Shown piece by piece: positions 62,636 to 64,000 of a stretch of DNA of 64,000 bases (the stretch's first letter is position 1; every line of letters starts with the position of its first letter). A program made the translations under genes and the position numbers. Under the pieces are notes generated by a model. The model made no database searches, was not told the origin of the DNA, and saw nothing but the letters and a program-made list of their open reading frames with translations. Origin of the DNA: an uncultured delta proteobacterium (lineage in GTDB: Bacteria; Desulfobacterota; Syntrophorhabdia; Syntrophorhabdales; WCHB1-27); the NCBI GenBank assembly GCA_963810935.1, contig CAWEPK010000003.1, forward strand, positions 1 through 64,000, given 5' to 3'.

Positions 62636-63890
62636 CCTTCCTCCTCTCGATGCGCGCGCCGAGGCTGCGCAGTTTCTTTTCTATCGCCTCGTAACCCCTG
62701 TCTATGTGGTAGATGCGGGAGACTTCCGTAGTTCCGTAGGCGCAAAGCCCCGCCAGGATAAGCGAGGCGCTCGCCCGGAGGTCCGTCGCCATCACCTTTG
62801 CGCCCTGGAGGCTCTTCACCCCTTTGACTATGGCCGTATTGCCCATAACCTGCACGTCGGCGCCCATCCTCCGCAGCTCCGCGGCGTGCATCATCCTGTT
62901 TTCGAAGATCGTCTCGCTGATCACGCTGACCCCGCCGGTTATGCACATCAGGGCCATTACCTGGGCCTGCATGTCCGTAGGGAACCCGGGGTAGGCCAGT
63001 GTTTTGGCGTCGAACGCCATGGGCCTCTTCCTCGTCATGGACGCGTTAAGCGCGTCTCCTTTCTCCTCTATCTCCATGCCTGCTTCCCTCAGCTTCTCGA
63101 TCACCGCCTTCAGGTGGTCCGCCCTGGCGTCTTCAAGGGTGACGCTGCCGCGCGTGATGCCGCAGCCTACGAGGAAGGTCCCCGCCTCTATGCGGTCGGG
63201 GATGACCTTGTGGTCGCACGTCGTAAGCCCGTCGACGCCTTTTATCCGCAGGGTCTCGGTGCCGACGCCGTCGATCTGCGCGCCCATCTTTACGAGCATG
63301 TCGGCCAGGTCTACCACCTCCGGCTCCCGCGCGGCGTTCTGGATGATCGTCTCGCCCTCCGCCAGCACCGCGGCCATCAAAATATTCTCCGTGCCCCCTA
63401 CCGTGGACGAGTCGAAGGCCACCTTGCCGCCGCGGAGCTTGTCCGCCCTTACGTCTACGTAGCCCTCGTGGATGCGCACGTCGCAGCCTAACTGGGCAAG
63501 CCCCTTCAGATGGAGGTCGATGGGCCGGACCCCGATGGCGCACCCGCCGGGATACGAGACGACTGCGCGCTTCAGCCTTCCGACGAGGGCGCCGAGGACG
63601 AGGACGGAAGCCCGCATCTCCTTCACCATCTCGTACGGGGCCGTATAGTTCTGCGCGGCCGTGGTATCGACAATAAGCTCGCTGTCTCCCGTACGCTCGC
63701 ACTTCGCGCCAATGAAGGAAAGGAGCTTAACCATGGAGCCCACGTCGCGTAAGGCCGGGACGGACGTTATCCTGTACGCGCCTTCGGCGAGCAGGGTTGC
63801 CGCCAGCACGGGGAGCACCGCGTTTTTCGACCCGCTCACCCGGACGGAGCCCCTAAGACGCTCGCCGCCTTCTATTACAAACTTTTCCAT
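62616..63890 (-). CDS. murA: UDP-N-acetylglucosamine 1-carboxyvinyltransferase
   Basis: SGSKNA, MRAS, PGGCAIG.RP.DLH, PDRIEAGT, PGFPTD.Q and TDLRA. Confidence 0.96.
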   Translation of the reverse strand: MEKFVIEGGERLRGSVRVSGSKNAVLPVLAATLLAEGAYRITSVPALRDVGSMVKLLSFIGAKCERTGDSELIVDTTAAQNYTAPYEMVKEMRASVLVLGALVGRLKRAVVSYPGGCAIGVRPIDLHLKGLAQLGCDVRIHEGYVDVRADKLRGGKVAFDSSTVGGTENILMAAVLAEGETIIQNAAREPEVVDLADMLVKMGAQIDGVGTETLRIKGVDGLTTCDHKVIPDRIEAGTFLVGCGITRGSVTLEDARADHLKAVIEKLREAGMEIEEKGDALNASMTRKRPMAFDAKTLAYPGFPTDMQAQVMALMCITGGVSVISETIFENRMMHAAELRRMGADVQVMGNTAIVKGVKSLQGAKVMATDLRASASLILAGLCAYGTTEVSRIYHIDRGYEAIEKKLRSLGARIERRKDENLAS

Positions 63891-64000
63891 AACCCCCTCA
63901 AAAGTCTCTGCCGCCCTGCGAGGTCAGCCAGGACCGCAGTCTCGAAGCCTGCGTCCTGGAGGCGCGCGCTTAAAGACGCGCCTTGAGCATCGCCGCCTAT
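63875..64000 (-). CDS. prmC: C-terminal fragment of release-factor glutamine methyltransferase (runs off the window)
   Basis: IG...Q...GF.....DLAGRQR; typical position upstream of murA. Confidence 0.6.
   Translation of the reverse strand: MGGDAQGASLSARLQDAGFETAVLADLAGRQRLLRGLWKSL

Overview
GC-rich chromosomal window, probably from an anaerobic deltaproteobacterium (inferred from gene content). It has four parts. (1) Housekeeping genes pcnB, rtcA, pncA and cysM. (2) An AT-rich ~8.6 kb integrative element inserted in the 3' end of cysM and bounded by 46-bp direct repeats. It encodes a tyrosine integrase, three excisionase-like HTH proteins, a small HUH-type Rep, an EcoRI-family methylase with a DUF262-HNH nuclease and a candidate anti-RBS sRNA, and an IS200-type element follows it. 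(3) A nitrogen-assimilation region with split glutamate synthase subunits apparently co-transcribed with mvhD-metV-metF, GS-III, PII and two amt genes, interleaved with an AOR operon and a hybrid kinase. (4) A murA-his-pgpA-cinA-thpR-recA-alaS-nadE run. The main observation is an apparent nitrogen regulatory cascade with no NtrBC genes linked to it. A GAF-GAF-ANTAR antiterminator lies next to an alternative sigma factor that has no adjacent anti-sigma. ANTAR-type twin-hairpin attenuators precede the sigma gene, both amt genes and the mvhD-metVF-gltB operon. An identical bipartite motif, GTTACCA-N16-ACTTGTA (candidate promoter for that sigma), lies upstream of glnA, amt1 and amt2. Four small-indel frameshifts, one in essential alaS, suggest residual sequencing errors.
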